From assembly GCA_016927055.1 (NCBI GenBank), contig JAFGNK010000115.1, positions 1-41,337 on the forward strand: DNA of 41,337 nt, written 5' to 3'. The position numbers and the translations under genes were made by a program. Within the stretch, counting starts at the first letter, position 1. Every line of letters starts with the position of its first letter. The notes beneath the pieces are model-generated. The model saw nothing but the letters and a program-made list of their open reading frames with translations, did no database searches and was not told the DNA's origin. Below, piece after piece: positions 9,574-18,143 of the stretch. The stretch is from Methanotrichaceae archaeon (GTDB lineage: Archaea > Halobacteriota > Methanosarcinia > Methanotrichales > Methanotrichaceae).

Positions 9574-9939
9574 ATGGCTGGATTTCTGGAAAAGCTCAAG
9601 CTCATAGGAAAGCCTACAGAGGAGGATTACTCTGAGGTCGATCTGGGTCAGTTCGAGGAAGCGGGCGGCTCCCCGGACATTATATTAAGGGTCGCAGAGC
9701 TGGGACGTATTGAGATTCTGCCCGAGATCAAGCAAGAGATTTATGCCGGCAATATAGTCCTGGTGGATATCGCTGGGCTGAAGCGGGATAAAGCTGCCTT
9801 GGATCGGGCCATTGGTGAACTTAAAAAGGCCGTCGACGATGTCTCTGGGGATATAGCCGGAATTGGCGACGATCTCATCGTTTTAGTGCCCAGCGGCATA
9901 AAGATTGACCGCGAAAAGGTTGTCGGGAGCAAAGATTGA
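9574..9939 (+). CDS. sepF: Cell division protein SepF (archaeal)
   Basis: EIYAGNIVLVDI...ELK..V.DV.GDIAGIG...IVLVP.GIKIDR pattern; adjacent to ZPR1 as is common in Euryarchaeota. Confidence 0.85.
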   Translation: MAGFLEKLKLIGKPTEEDYSEVDLGQFEEAGGSPDIILRVAELGRIEILPEIKQEIYAGNIVLVDIAGLKRDKAALDRAIGELKKAVDDVSGDIAGIGDDLIVLVPSGIKIDREKVVGSKD

Positions 9940-10505
9940 ATCTAACCACAACGGCAAATTGTCCCGTTTGCTCTGCTCAGATGCAGTTTTGCTGGGAGAC
10001 GGCGGACATACCTCATTTCGGAGAGACCATGGTCATTGCAGGAGTCTGTGACTGCGGCTATCGGCACAGCGATACTATTCTCTTGACGCAAAAGGAACCG
10101 GTGCGCTTTACTCTGCAGGTGGCAAGCATTGAAGACCTGGATGCAAGAGTGATTCGTTCCTCCAGCGGCACAATTCGCATCCCGGAGCTTGGCGTGGATA
10201 TCGAGCCCGGATTTGCCTCGGAGTCATACATATCCAATGTGGAGGGTGTCCTTGACCGGGTCAAGGGCGTGGTAGGTTTTGCCACACGCTCAGCGAGAGA
10301 GGCGCAAAGCCTGGAAAGCACGAGAAAGGGCGAGGAGATCTTGGAGAAGATAGATCTTGCCAAAGCCGGACGTTTTCCTTTAACTCTCATTATCGAGGAC
10401 CCTCTGGGAAACAGTGCAATTGACTGCGAAAAAGCTGTGAAATCAACTCTCACGGATGAGGATGCGGCTTGTCTCAAGACGGGCATGATAATCGTGGACG
10501 TTTGA
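9936..10505 (+). CDS. ZPR1-related zinc-finger protein
   Basis: CPVC...IPHFG...CDCGYR, IPELG.DIEPG, SNVEG, IEDPLGNS; TTG start overlapping the sepF stop. Confidence 0.9.
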   Translation: MNLTTTANCPVCSAQMQFCWETADIPHFGETMVIAGVCDCGYRHSDTILLTQKEPVRFTLQVASIEDLDARVIRSSSGTIRIPELGVDIEPGFASESYISNVEGVLDRVKGVVGFATRSAREAQSLESTRKGEEILEKIDLAKAGRFPLTLIIEDPLGNSAIDCEKAVKSTLTDEDAACLKTGMIIVDV

Positions 10506-10506
10506 A

Positions 10507-11409
10507 ATGCTGGTCTTGAGCGGCGGCACGGGTACGCCCAAGCTTCTCCTGGGCTTAAAGGAGCTTTTAAGGCCAGAAGAGCTCTCCGTGGTGGTTAATA
10601 CCGCGGAGGATCTCTGGATATCCGGGAACTACATATCTCCTGATGTCGATTCTGTGCTTTACACCCTGGCCGATATGATCGATGAGAAGAGGTGGTGGGG
10701 CATAAAGGGTGACAAGACTCTCACCCACGACTTTCTCATTGCCATGGGCATCAAAGAGAAGCTGCAGGTGGGGGATAAAGATCGAGCCGTTCATATCTTT
10801 CGATCCGAGCTGCTTCGAAGGGGCGTCAAGCTCAGCCATGCATCGCAGTCTCTGGCCGAATCGCTAGGGATTATGCAGCGGGTCGTTCCCATGACTGACG
10901 ACATTGTTTCCACGATCGTTTCCACCCCGGAAGGAGTGATGCACTTTCAGGAATTTTGGGTAGGCCGCAGAGGAAAGCCCGAGGTTCGTGACCTCTTTTT
11001 CGCGGGTCTGGATGCTGCCCTTCCCTGCCAGGCTTTCCTGGATCTGCTGGAAAAAGAAAACACTATTCTTATCGGTCCCAGTAATCCTGTCACCAGCATC
11101 GGTCCAATTTTGGCCCTGCAGGGCGTGCGCGAGAGGCTTCAAGACAAAAATGTGATTGCAGTGAGCCCCTTTATCGGAAATAAGCCGGTGAGCGGTCCTG
11201 CTGCCAGGTTCATGGCGGCGTGCGGTGTTCCGGTCAGCGATGAAGGCGTGCGATCAATGCTTGGCAAGGTGGACCTGTTTGTAGTGGATAAAAAAAGCAG
11301 CTACCGGGGAGAATGCCTGCGCATGAGCACGCTCATGAGGACGAGAAGAGAGTGCGTCAAGGTGGCGAAAGAATTGCTGGAGCTGATTAAAAGCGCTGAA
11401 AAGACATAG
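10507..11409 (+). CDS. cofD: 2-phospho-L-lactate transferase
   Basis: LSGGTGTPKLL, NTAED, SPDVD, GDKDRA, HFQEFWV, GPSNPVTSIGPI. Confidence 0.93.
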   Translation: MLVLSGGTGTPKLLLGLKELLRPEELSVVVNTAEDLWISGNYISPDVDSVLYTLADMIDEKRWWGIKGDKTLTHDFLIAMGIKEKLQVGDKDRAVHIFRSELLRRGVKLSHASQSLAESLGIMQRVVPMTDDIVSTIVSTPEGVMHFQEFWVGRRGKPEVRDLFFAGLDAALPCQAFLDLLEKENTILIGPSNPVTSIGPILALQGVRERLQDKNVIAVSPFIGNKPVSGPAARFMAACGVPVSDEGVRSMLGKVDLFVVDKKSSYRGECLRMSTLMRTRRECVKVAKELLELIKSAEKT

Positions 11410-11549
11410 GTGCTGAATTGGCATGCAGGCAGTATCTGCCAGGATTGTTCTCTCGTTTTTTTCCTTTCAGTATCGATGGGGGCAGGATATGCTTTATGAA
11501 GACCTAGCAAAAATATCCGTCTGCCAGGAATCTGGTTTGGGCTGATCTC

Positions 11550-12497
11550 ATGTTCTTAGGAGTAGACCACGGAACCACTGCCATAAGATTTGCGACCTCA
11601 GAGGGGCGCTGCTTGAGCCTTGCCAGGCAAAAGGCGAGCTGCCTTTCTGCAGAAGAGATTGTATTGCTGATTGCTCAGAATTTGGGCCTTGGTGCAGTCG
11701 ACCTTGTAGCTCTCAGCTACTCCATGGGAGACGGCTTAACCCGGATTGTGAGGCTGCAGGATGCACCGAGCCGCGGCCTGGTCCGGCAGGATGGAGCCGG
11801 GCTGCACGTGGGGGGCGGCACTAAGGTCTTTGAGGCCATCAGAGCCTCGGGCTGGCCGTCTATCCTTTTGCCTGGTATTCATCGCGGCAGCGATGTCGAT
11901 CCCAGGCTGAAGGTCTTCTCACACGGCATGAGCCCGGAGAAGGTGGGCCTGGCCTATGGTGTTTTTAGGGAAATGAGCAAGAGCTTCATTGTATGCGATG
12001 CCTCCTCCAATACTGTCACATTTGCCGTGCTGCAGGGAAAGATCGTCGGGGCCATTGACGCGCCCATCTTTGCCCCCGGTCTGATGCAGGGTCCGCTGGA
12101 CGTCGAGGCCATAAGAGATGTCGACTCCGGGAAGATGACTGCGAACCAGGCCTTCAATTGCGGCGGCATTCTCTCCAAAATAGGAAGGTCAAGCCTGGAG
12201 CAATGCCTGCCGGAGGAAAAAAAACTGGCTTTGGAATCCCTATCATTATTCGCGGCTATGGAGATCAATGCCCTTCTCGTCCTCTCTCGCGACTGGGGCG
12301 AGCCAAATCCGGATATTTTTTTAGCAGGAAGCCCGGCAGCAAGGCTGAGCGGGCGCGTATCTGAGCTCCTGGGCCGGGAGGTACAGCCACTGGGCATGTA
12401 TGCGGCAGCACAGGGCTGCGCCTGGATCGCTAAAGATGTATTTAGCGGCTCGGAGAATATCCTGGGAATTGCCGTTGATGAGTCGGCCTGTCGCTGA
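11550..12497 (+). CDS. Methanogenesis marker 12 protein (ASKHA-like)
   Basis: MFLGVDHGTTAIRFA, YSMGDG, GGGTKVF, PGIHR, FSH..SPEK, DASSNTV, GPLDVEAIR. Confidence 0.85.
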   Translation: MFLGVDHGTTAIRFATSEGRCLSLARQKASCLSAEEIVLLIAQNLGLGAVDLVALSYSMGDGLTRIVRLQDAPSRGLVRQDGAGLHVGGGTKVFEAIRASGWPSILLPGIHRGSDVDPRLKVFSHGMSPEKVGLAYGVFREMSKSFIVCDASSNTVTFAVLQGKIVGAIDAPIFAPGLMQGPLDVEAIRDVDSGKMTANQAFNCGGILSKIGRSSLEQCLPEEKKLALESLSLFAAMEINALLVLSRDWGEPNPDIFLAGSPAARLSGRVSELLGREVQPLGMYAAAQGCAWIAKDVFSGSENILGIAVDESACR

Positions 12498-12664
12498 AGA
12501 ATCTCATGCAGGCACGCAGGTGGTTGACCGCTTTGATATCCTTTTAGTATCTCTCAAAGAGGCGTCGCGCGATGTTGCACTAATACCAGATGCCCTCATT
12601 ACAACAAGAAATGTAAAATGATGTGAAAATAATAAACTAAAAAGTTAGATGATAGCAAATAATA

Positions 12665-12705
12665 GTCCTGGCTTTGGCCAGGACCAAGATAAAGCGAACT
12701 TTATC
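12665..12705 (-). terminator. Two tandem hairpins 3' of the 35-aa ORF
   Basis: On the minus strand GAUAAAG-UUCG-CUUUAUC (12688-12705), then GUCCUGGC-CAAA-GCCAGGAC (12665-12684), followed by U-rich sequence. Confidence 0.6.
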
Positions 12706-12710
12706 ATGAT

Positions 12711-12818
12711 TTATCTTACGCCCGACTTGCTATCCGACCACTTGTTCAGGAATGTGGGCAAGGCTACGACAAGAATGCCAAGAATAACTACAGCGTACAT
12801 CTGAGACATGATATCCAT
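12711..12818 (-). CDS. Unannotated 35-aa single-TM protein MDIMSQMYAVVILGILVVALPTFLNKWSDSKSGVR
   Basis: Perfect SD GGAGGTGA (12825-12832) 6 nt before ATG; hydrophobic core then polar/basic tail; downstream hairpins. Confidence 0.7.
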   Translation of the reverse strand: MDIMSQMYAVVILGILVVALPTFLNKWSDSKSGVR

Positions 12819-13124
12819 CTCTTTTCACCTCCCTGGAAATTGGGCAGATTAGCCAAGGGCTCTATGATCCCGACCATGATAAACTTTTTGCTGCTTGATT
12901 CGTAATGGGGAGCGGCTAATGCTTGGGATACTGAATTATCTTAAAATCTATTGATATTTCTTAATTTTTTCATATTAAAGGTTGTGGTTTTTTTGAAAAA
13001 TTGGTAAAAAAGGTATTTAACGAAAATACCAAATTACTAAATATCTATTTACCTTTAAGAGGAAAATAATGGATTATTATTGGTCAAATAATCAATTTCT
13101 ATGTGAAATAATTGGCGATTAACT

Positions 13125-13140
13125 GAAAAGGTTTAAATAA
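13125..13140 (+). promoter_or_regulatory. BRE/TATA promoter (GAAAAG-GTTTAAATA)
   Basis: Matches the archaeal BRE-TATA consensus about 75 bp upstream of ATG 13215. Confidence 0.55.
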
Positions 13141-13214
13141 ATGGAATGTATCTTATGTGATCTGTACGACGGTGCCTTCAAGAATCGGCTAGGCCTGCTG
13201 TACAGGAAATAAAT

Positions 13215-13364
13215 ATGGGTAGCTTCATACACAACGATCCACCCTCAGTTGGGCATGATGTCGAAGTTGCAGGCGCAATCACATCAGAGGATGCTGGTTT
13301 TTACTTCATCCTTGTATCTGCAGTAGTTTTCGTGGTTGCAGCTCTAACTGGACATTTGGCATAG
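13215..13364 (+). CDS. Unannotated 49-aa protein with C-terminal TM helix MGSFIHNDPPSVGHDVEVAGAITSEDAGFYFILVSAVVFVVAALTGHLA
   Basis: ATG..TAG ORF with upstream AGGA and BRE/TATA; polar N-terminus and roughly 20 hydrophobic C-terminal residues. Confidence 0.55.
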   Translation: MGSFIHNDPPSVGHDVEVAGAITSEDAGFYFILVSAVVFVVAALTGHLA

Positions 13365-13412
13365 ATCTTCTGCGGCAAGCAGGCTATCTGAGCATAGGAT
13401 TACGAAAAAAAA

Positions 13413-14075
13413 TCAATCATCTTTTTTCTTTGAATTTGACGATCTGTTAGCCTGTCTTCCTGGCAGAGTTCTGAATATTCTGGCCTGGGCAGAGATTGCC
13501 CCTGCAGCCTTCAGCCTCTGGACATGGGGGGTTATGTCCTCAGTTCTTTGCAGGAACTGGTCTACTACCAGCTTCTCTAGCATCCTTTTGTCCACTTTCT
13601 TTCCTTTTCCTATGCCCGGGCAGGTGGGATTGTAGTTAATGCTAAGCAGTATATCTCCATTGGATAATGTCTCTTCTTCCACCCGAAAGGGAAAAAGCCG
13701 GCAAGCAATCGGTCGCACAGAATAGACGGTGCAGCCTTCCCTGTAGAAGATGCAGGTAGTATCCTCTTTGCTCTTCATAACCGGCAGGTCGAGGATAACC
13801 TTGCCTCCCAGATCTTTAATTTTAACATAACATCCATCATAGTCATAAAGGGTATCCACGATATCTGCCGCCTTTTTGCCCGTCTTTCTAGATATAGCGG
13901 TGACATCTTTTTTTGTGAGATAGATCAGATTGGACTTCTCCCAAAACTCTCTGATTTGTTCCATAGGAACGAGATCATCAAAATCAAGGGGCCTATTATG
14001 ATGGCAGCAGGAGCCGCACCTCTGGCACTGGAACTTGATATCATCAAAAATGGCCTTTACAATGACGCGGGGCAG
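13413..14075 (-). CDS. YkgJ / CxxCxxCC family zinc- or Fe-S-chelating protein (probable CTG start)
   Basis: FQCQRCGSCC lies upstream of the first ATG (13964) in the same frame; CIFY..GCTVY..RP.ACRLFPF and CPGIG downstream; AGGGGA 6 nt before CTG 14075. Confidence 0.8.
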   Translation of the reverse strand: MPRVIVKAIFDDIKFQCQRCGSCCHHNRPLDFDDLVPMEQIREFWEKSNLIYLTKKDVTAISRKTGKKAADIVDTLYDYDGCYVKIKDLGGKVILDLPVMKSKEDTTCIFYREGCTVYSVRPIACRLFPFRVEEETLSNGDILLSINYNPTCPGIGKGKKVDKRMLEKLVVDQFLQRTEDITPHVQRLKAAGAISAQARIFRTLPGRQANRSSNSKKKDD

Positions 14076-14110
14076 AAAAATTCCCCTAAAAAAGAAAAAG
14101 AGAAGACGAC

Positions 14111-15046
14111 TTAGAGCGTCGTCTTTCTGGGATGGTTCTCAGCCAGAACTTCCAGTCCCAGCTCTTCAGCGGACTCTGCCTTCATGATATCCACCATAGC
14201 TGCCGCGGGGAAGATCATGGGGGCGTTTTCTATGGGCCCGTAGAGGTAGTAGTCAGCGCCCACGATTCCGGCAACCAGGTTGGAGCCGATATCGACAGGA
14301 GAGAATGCCTCCTTGTGCTGCTTCTTCCACTTCTTCATCCAATCCCAGGCCGAGGCACCGTTGTGGAAGCCTCCGCCTACCGGCAGGCCGAGCTGGGCCT
14401 TGACGGCAATGCAGGCGCGGTAAGTTGCGCCGGAGCCGGCTCCCAGGGGCATGGCCGCGGTATCGATGAGCGGTCTGGTGATGCCGCACTCTTTGGCGTA
14501 CTCCAGCATGCCCTTCTTTGCTCCTCCGGCTGCTTTGGTCAGGATTTCCATCTTGCCCTTGGTTCCCTTCTCCATGGCGTTGAAAGCGAGCACAATAGCT
14601 GAGTCAAGATCGCTCTCTTTTACGGCCAGGAGCTCCTCATCGGTGATGGATGCATTGATGGAGTTATGCACAGCGCGGTCGGCAACGCCGATCTCAGTGG
14701 CGTACTTGACGCCAAAGGCGCGCACCTCAGGTGCAGAGGAGTCGATGAGGAACGGATAATCAGACAGCCCTACGAACCAATCGATCTCCTTGGCCATGGC
14801 TTCATTGCTCTCGGCCACGATCTGGTTCATGCAGGAGTTTCCTGTGACTTCACTCATCTCTACCTGTGTATTCCAGAGCCGCTCCGCTGCAGCCTTATCG
14901 AAGACTCCGTGCTCTGCATCCGAGACGATCTTGTGCCTGGCGTAGAACATGGTGCCTATGCAGCATGTGGCGTATTCGCCCGGCTGGCCCCCTATCTTGA
15001 ATTTACCGAAATCGAAGACTTCCTGCTTCCTATCAAATCTGAACAT
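14111..15046 (-). CDS. mtrH: Methyl-H4MPT:CoM methyltransferase subunit H
   Basis: MFRFDRKQEV..GGQPGE, PFLIDS, NSINAS, SAWDW, YGPIENA. Confidence 0.96.
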   Translation of the reverse strand: MFRFDRKQEVFDFGKFKIGGQPGEYATCCIGTMFYARHKIVSDAEHGVFDKAAAERLWNTQVEMSEVTGNSCMNQIVAESNEAMAKEIDWFVGLSDYPFLIDSSAPEVRAFGVKYATEIGVADRAVHNSINASITDEELLAVKESDLDSAIVLAFNAMEKGTKGKMEILTKAAGGAKKGMLEYAKECGITRPLIDTAAMPLGAGSGATYRACIAVKAQLGLPVGGGFHNGASAWDWMKKWKKQHKEAFSPVDIGSNLVAGIVGADYYLYGPIENAPMIFPAAAMVDIMKAESAEELGLEVLAENHPRKTTL

Positions 15047-15292
15047 TCAAATCACCGCTTTCCAATTGCCTGCGTATACGAATAGTATGTATGCCAAAAT
15101 TAAGATCAACCCTGCGCAGACACCATAGGCTGCGCCCAGGTCTCTGCCGATGGACTTGCCGGCTCTCATGTATTTTTCTGAGGAGTAGAATTCTATCTTC
15201 TCCTCTATCTTGTCCAGCTTTGCCATTACGTCTCTGAGTTGATCCGGATCGACCACGGCAACCGGTACTACCGGCTTAGTGTCTTCTGCCAT
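15047..15292 (-). CDS. mtrG: Mtr subunit G
   Basis: KLDKIEEKIEF...GKSIGRDLG..YG followed by a TM helix; operon position. Confidence 0.93.
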   Translation of the reverse strand: MAEDTKPVVPVAVVDPDQLRDVMAKLDKIEEKIEFYSSEKYMRAGKSIGRDLGAAYGVCAGLILILAYILFVYAGNWKAVI

Positions 15293-15295
15293 AGT

Positions 15296-15523
15296 TTACT
15301 GCCCCCCCATGAAGGCTATTGGCCCGAGCATCATCACAACGGCAAAGACAAATCCGATGGCAAATCCTATGGATACCGTAGCCAGGACACCGGAGCTCAG
15401 CTTGGTCTCTCTGGCCAGGAGCTGGCCCTTGTATCTGATGTCCTCTACTATTGCGTCGATCATAGGCATGTTGGGCTCGACCACAGATGCTATTCCCTGG
15501 CCGTATGCAATCTCTTCTGCCAT
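15296..15523 (-). CDS. mtrF: Mtr subunit F
   Basis: VEDIRYKGQLLARE.KL.SG followed by a TM helix. Confidence 0.93.
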   Translation of the reverse strand: MAEEIAYGQGIASVVEPNMPMIDAIVEDIRYKGQLLARETKLSSGVLATVSIGFAIGFVFAVVMMLGPIAFMGGQ

Positions 15524-15524
15524 T

Positions 15525-16256
15525 TTACTTCCCTCCTGCCATCCTGAGAATTAATCCGAAGAGGACGAGGACCACGGTCATGCCGAGAGCAATACCCTCG
15601 ATCTTGCCGACATAGATGCCTGCCTGCAATTTGTTGAGTAGACCGGTGTTGGTTACGGCATTATCTATGCCGCGCATCCTTCCCCTTACCTCGACCACTT
15701 CTGCAGCCATGGGACGGAGACCGCCTGTGCTCTCCTCTTCGCCGCCCTCTTTGATCTCGATGGTCATGGGATCGACATCAAGAGCGCCGGGATCCTTGGA
15801 GACCAGTTCTTTGATCTTGCCGGAGATGGCTCCCACGTCCTCGGTGTTCATCATCATGACTGCCTGCACCTGGCTCTTCCAGCGCTCAATGGACTCGGGC
15901 GTCAGGTTCTGGATGAAGGGAATAGCTCCCTTGGCTCCAATGATCCTTCCTTCCTTGTCGATTCCGCTCTGGGTAAAAGCCTCGACGGCCTGTCCGGTGA
16001 TGTGCCCTTTGACCTCCATTCCCGTAACCACTACGTATCTGATGTTGGGATTGGAGATGACGTTGGCCACCATCTTCTCTATACCGATGTTCTCGGTCTT
16101 GCATGGTCCTGCCAGGGCCGCGCCGGCTTTGATCAGATCGGCGTTATGAAGGTGTGAGCCGCAGGTACATACTGCGACGGGGCTCTCCGGATTGCCTACC
16201 TCATATTCGCCAGTGATCGTTGGCCAGGGCTCAGATGGCTTCTTTTTAAGTACCAT
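15525..16256 (-). CDS. mtrA: Mtr subunit A (corrinoid protein)
   Basis: GSHL, CKTENIGIEK, ISNPNIR, EVKGHITGQ, GAIPF, GKIEG followed by a TM helix. Confidence 0.96.
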   Translation of the reverse strand: MVLKKKPSEPWPTITGEYEVGNPESPVAVCTCGSHLHNADLIKAGAALAGPCKTENIGIEKMVANVISNPNIRYVVVTGMEVKGHITGQAVEAFTQSGIDKEGRIIGAKGAIPFIQNLTPESIERWKSQVQAVMMMNTEDVGAISGKIKELVSKDPGALDVDPMTIEIKEGGEEESTGGLRPMAAEVVEVRGRMRGIDNAVTNTGLLNKLQAGIYVGKIEGIALGMTVVLVLFGLILRMAGGK

Positions 16257-16258
16257 TC

Positions 16259-16612
16259 CTAAGCACCTCCGCCGAGCGCCTTCTTTACGATCTCAAAGGT
16301 CGTCGGATCGGTAAACGCCATAACCAGCAGTACCACGAAGGACAGAACCAGACCAATTATGAATCCCATCCATATATTGGTGTACAGGCCGGCGATATAC
16401 GAGGCCTTGCCTCGGTTGGCGTAGGACGAGAGAAGCTCGTTGTCCGGCGCAAGCTGGTTGACCAGGTCATTAGCGGTCTTGTCCATTTTCTCCAATCTTT
16501 CATAAACCGGGTCGAAAGTGTACAGAACTACGTCCGCCCTCTGCTCCGAGACCACTCCTTTCATGGGGTCGAAGATCAGGCCCAGTTCTGGTGAAACTCT
16601 AACAAATCCCAT
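16259..16612 (-). CDS. mtrB: Mtr subunit B
   Basis: VSPELGL.FDP..G, AGLYTN.WMGF; SD GGAGG upstream. Confidence 0.93.
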   Translation of the reverse strand: MGFVRVSPELGLIFDPMKGVVSEQRADVVLYTFDPVYERLEKMDKTANDLVNQLAPDNELLSSYANRGKASYIAGLYTNIWMGFIIGLVLSFVVLLVMAFTDPTTFEIVKKALGGGA

Positions 16613-16624
16613 TTCCAGACCTCC

Positions 16625-17452
16625 TTACTGCACCGTTGGCGGCAGAAGTCCTGTTCCGACAACTGCTGCTGCATCTCTCTTGACCAGCTTGTAGTACATC
16701 TTGAAAAAGTAGAACCACAAAACAAAGCCAATGACAAGCTGTAATAGCCCCGCAGCAGTGCCCTGCGTCGCTATGGCAGCGATTCCCGTAGCCACCATGG
16801 CCAGTCCACCTACCATGATCGCGTTCACCAGAGTCCTATCCTGCGTCTCATCCGGGCCGAGATTGGCGTTGAATGGATGCAGTATGGCGAGACCGCCGGC
16901 GATGAATATGATGGCGATGTAGCCGGTCATAAGAACATCATTCACAATATCAACATAGCCCAGTGTGCCGGATATGGCAAAGCTCCAGCCTAAAATGGCC
17001 AGTGCGCCTGCCATGGACAGGTCAGCGTTGCCCTCTTCCATAACTGGGATGTTGAACTTGATGACCTTATTGGCGATGACGCCGACGACGTAGCCGAAGA
17101 CTCCGGCATAGATCATTATTATGATCGGGCCGAGGAACCAAGATCCCAGGGATTCGGCGACAGACAGTCCGAACATGACGGCGATTATGCCCATACCTAA
17201 GGCCAGCATACCGATAGATGGAACTCCTGTGCCTATACCGTATGCACAGACTCTCCTAACAGCATTGGCTCCCATTACCACAGCGAAGATCGCGGCTACA
17301 GCTCCGAAAAAGGAGAACACGTTTGTGTCCAGGGCGCTGTTGAGGATGGCACCCAGATATATTCCCACGATGGAGCCAACCAGGCCGTACATTCTCAGCT
17401 TCTTGGGGTCGTATGCAGACGGTGCTCCGCCTGCTGATCCTCCGACTGACAT
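16625..17452 (-). CDS. mtrC: Mtr subunit C
   Basis: VRRV..YGIGTGVPSIG, HPFNA.LGPDE; ATG 17452 follows GGAGGTG. Confidence 0.95.
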   Translation of the reverse strand: MSVGGSAGGAPSAYDPKKLRMYGLVGSIVGIYLGAILNSALDTNVFSFFGAVAAIFAVVMGANAVRRVCAYGIGTGVPSIGMLALGMGIIAVMFGLSVAESLGSWFLGPIIIMIYAGVFGYVVGVIANKVIKFNIPVMEEGNADLSMAGALAILGWSFAISGTLGYVDIVNDVLMTGYIAIIFIAGGLAILHPFNANLGPDETQDRTLVNAIMVGGLAMVATGIAAIATQGTAAGLLQLVIGFVLWFYFFKMYYKLVKRDAAAVVGTGLLPPTVQ

Positions 17453-17453
17453 T

Positions 17454-18143
17454 TTAGGCACCTCCCGTGATCAATACTGATGCTAAAGCAAGCAGTACGC
17501 TGGCTATGGCGCAGGCTTTGAAGGCAAAGGGCCACTTCTTGAACTTGGGGTCATGGAATCCCTCGATTGTTCCCTGGATATTCCAGGATGCAATCACGGC
17601 GTTCACCAGGAATATGCCAATGGCGAACATAGCGCTCAATGCAGCATTGCCGTTGATCAGGTAAAGCGGATAGTAGATCATAGCGCCGCCCAAGCCCCCC
17701 ATCATGCCGCCGATGAGGCCGCTGACAAAGCAGACCGTTGGGATGCCGTGTCCAACAGTTCCAATAGCCACATAAGGTGGCTGGGAAAATCCGGTTATGG
17801 GGTCATAATTGACCTTGGCTGAAGCAAAAGGCACGCCCACTGCATAGGCATAGATCCAGGATCCTGCCAGCATAGTGGAGCCTACCATGATTCCTGCACC
17901 TACCGCCCCGGAGGCCAAAATGAGCCAGATGTTGTCCGAGACGGACATCATCAGTCCGGCGGCCAATAGGCCGGTGAGGCCTGATCCGGCAGCGAGCTGC
18001 ACGGTACCTGTGCCGATACCGGTGGCCTGAGCCATAGCGGCTGGTGCGCCGCCCACAGGAACGAAGTGAACGCCGACGCCTACCAGGAGGCCACCCACGA
18101 TGATCTCCAGGATGTAGACGATGGTATAAATGTCAAAGTTCAT
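17454..18143 (-). CDS. mtrD: Mtr subunit D
   Basis: HFVPVGGAPAAMAQATGIGTGT, DPITG, GTIEGFHDPKFK. Confidence 0.96.
   Translation of the reverse strand: MNFDIYTIVYILEIIVGGLLVGVGVHFVPVGGAPAAMAQATGIGTGTVQLAAGSGLTGLLAAGLMMSVSDNIWLILASGAVGAGIMVGSTMLAGSWIYAYAVGVPFASAKVNYDPITGFSQPPYVAIGTVGHGIPTVCFVSGLIGGMMGGLGGAMIYYPLYLINGNAALSAMFAIGIFLVNAVIASWNIQGTIEGFHDPKFKKWPFAFKACAIASVLLALASVLITGGA

Noticed and set aside
12930-13150. AT-rich stretch as a replication origin
   Set aside because: No adjacent orc1/cdc6 and no repeated ORB boxes recognised; better explained as divergent promoters.
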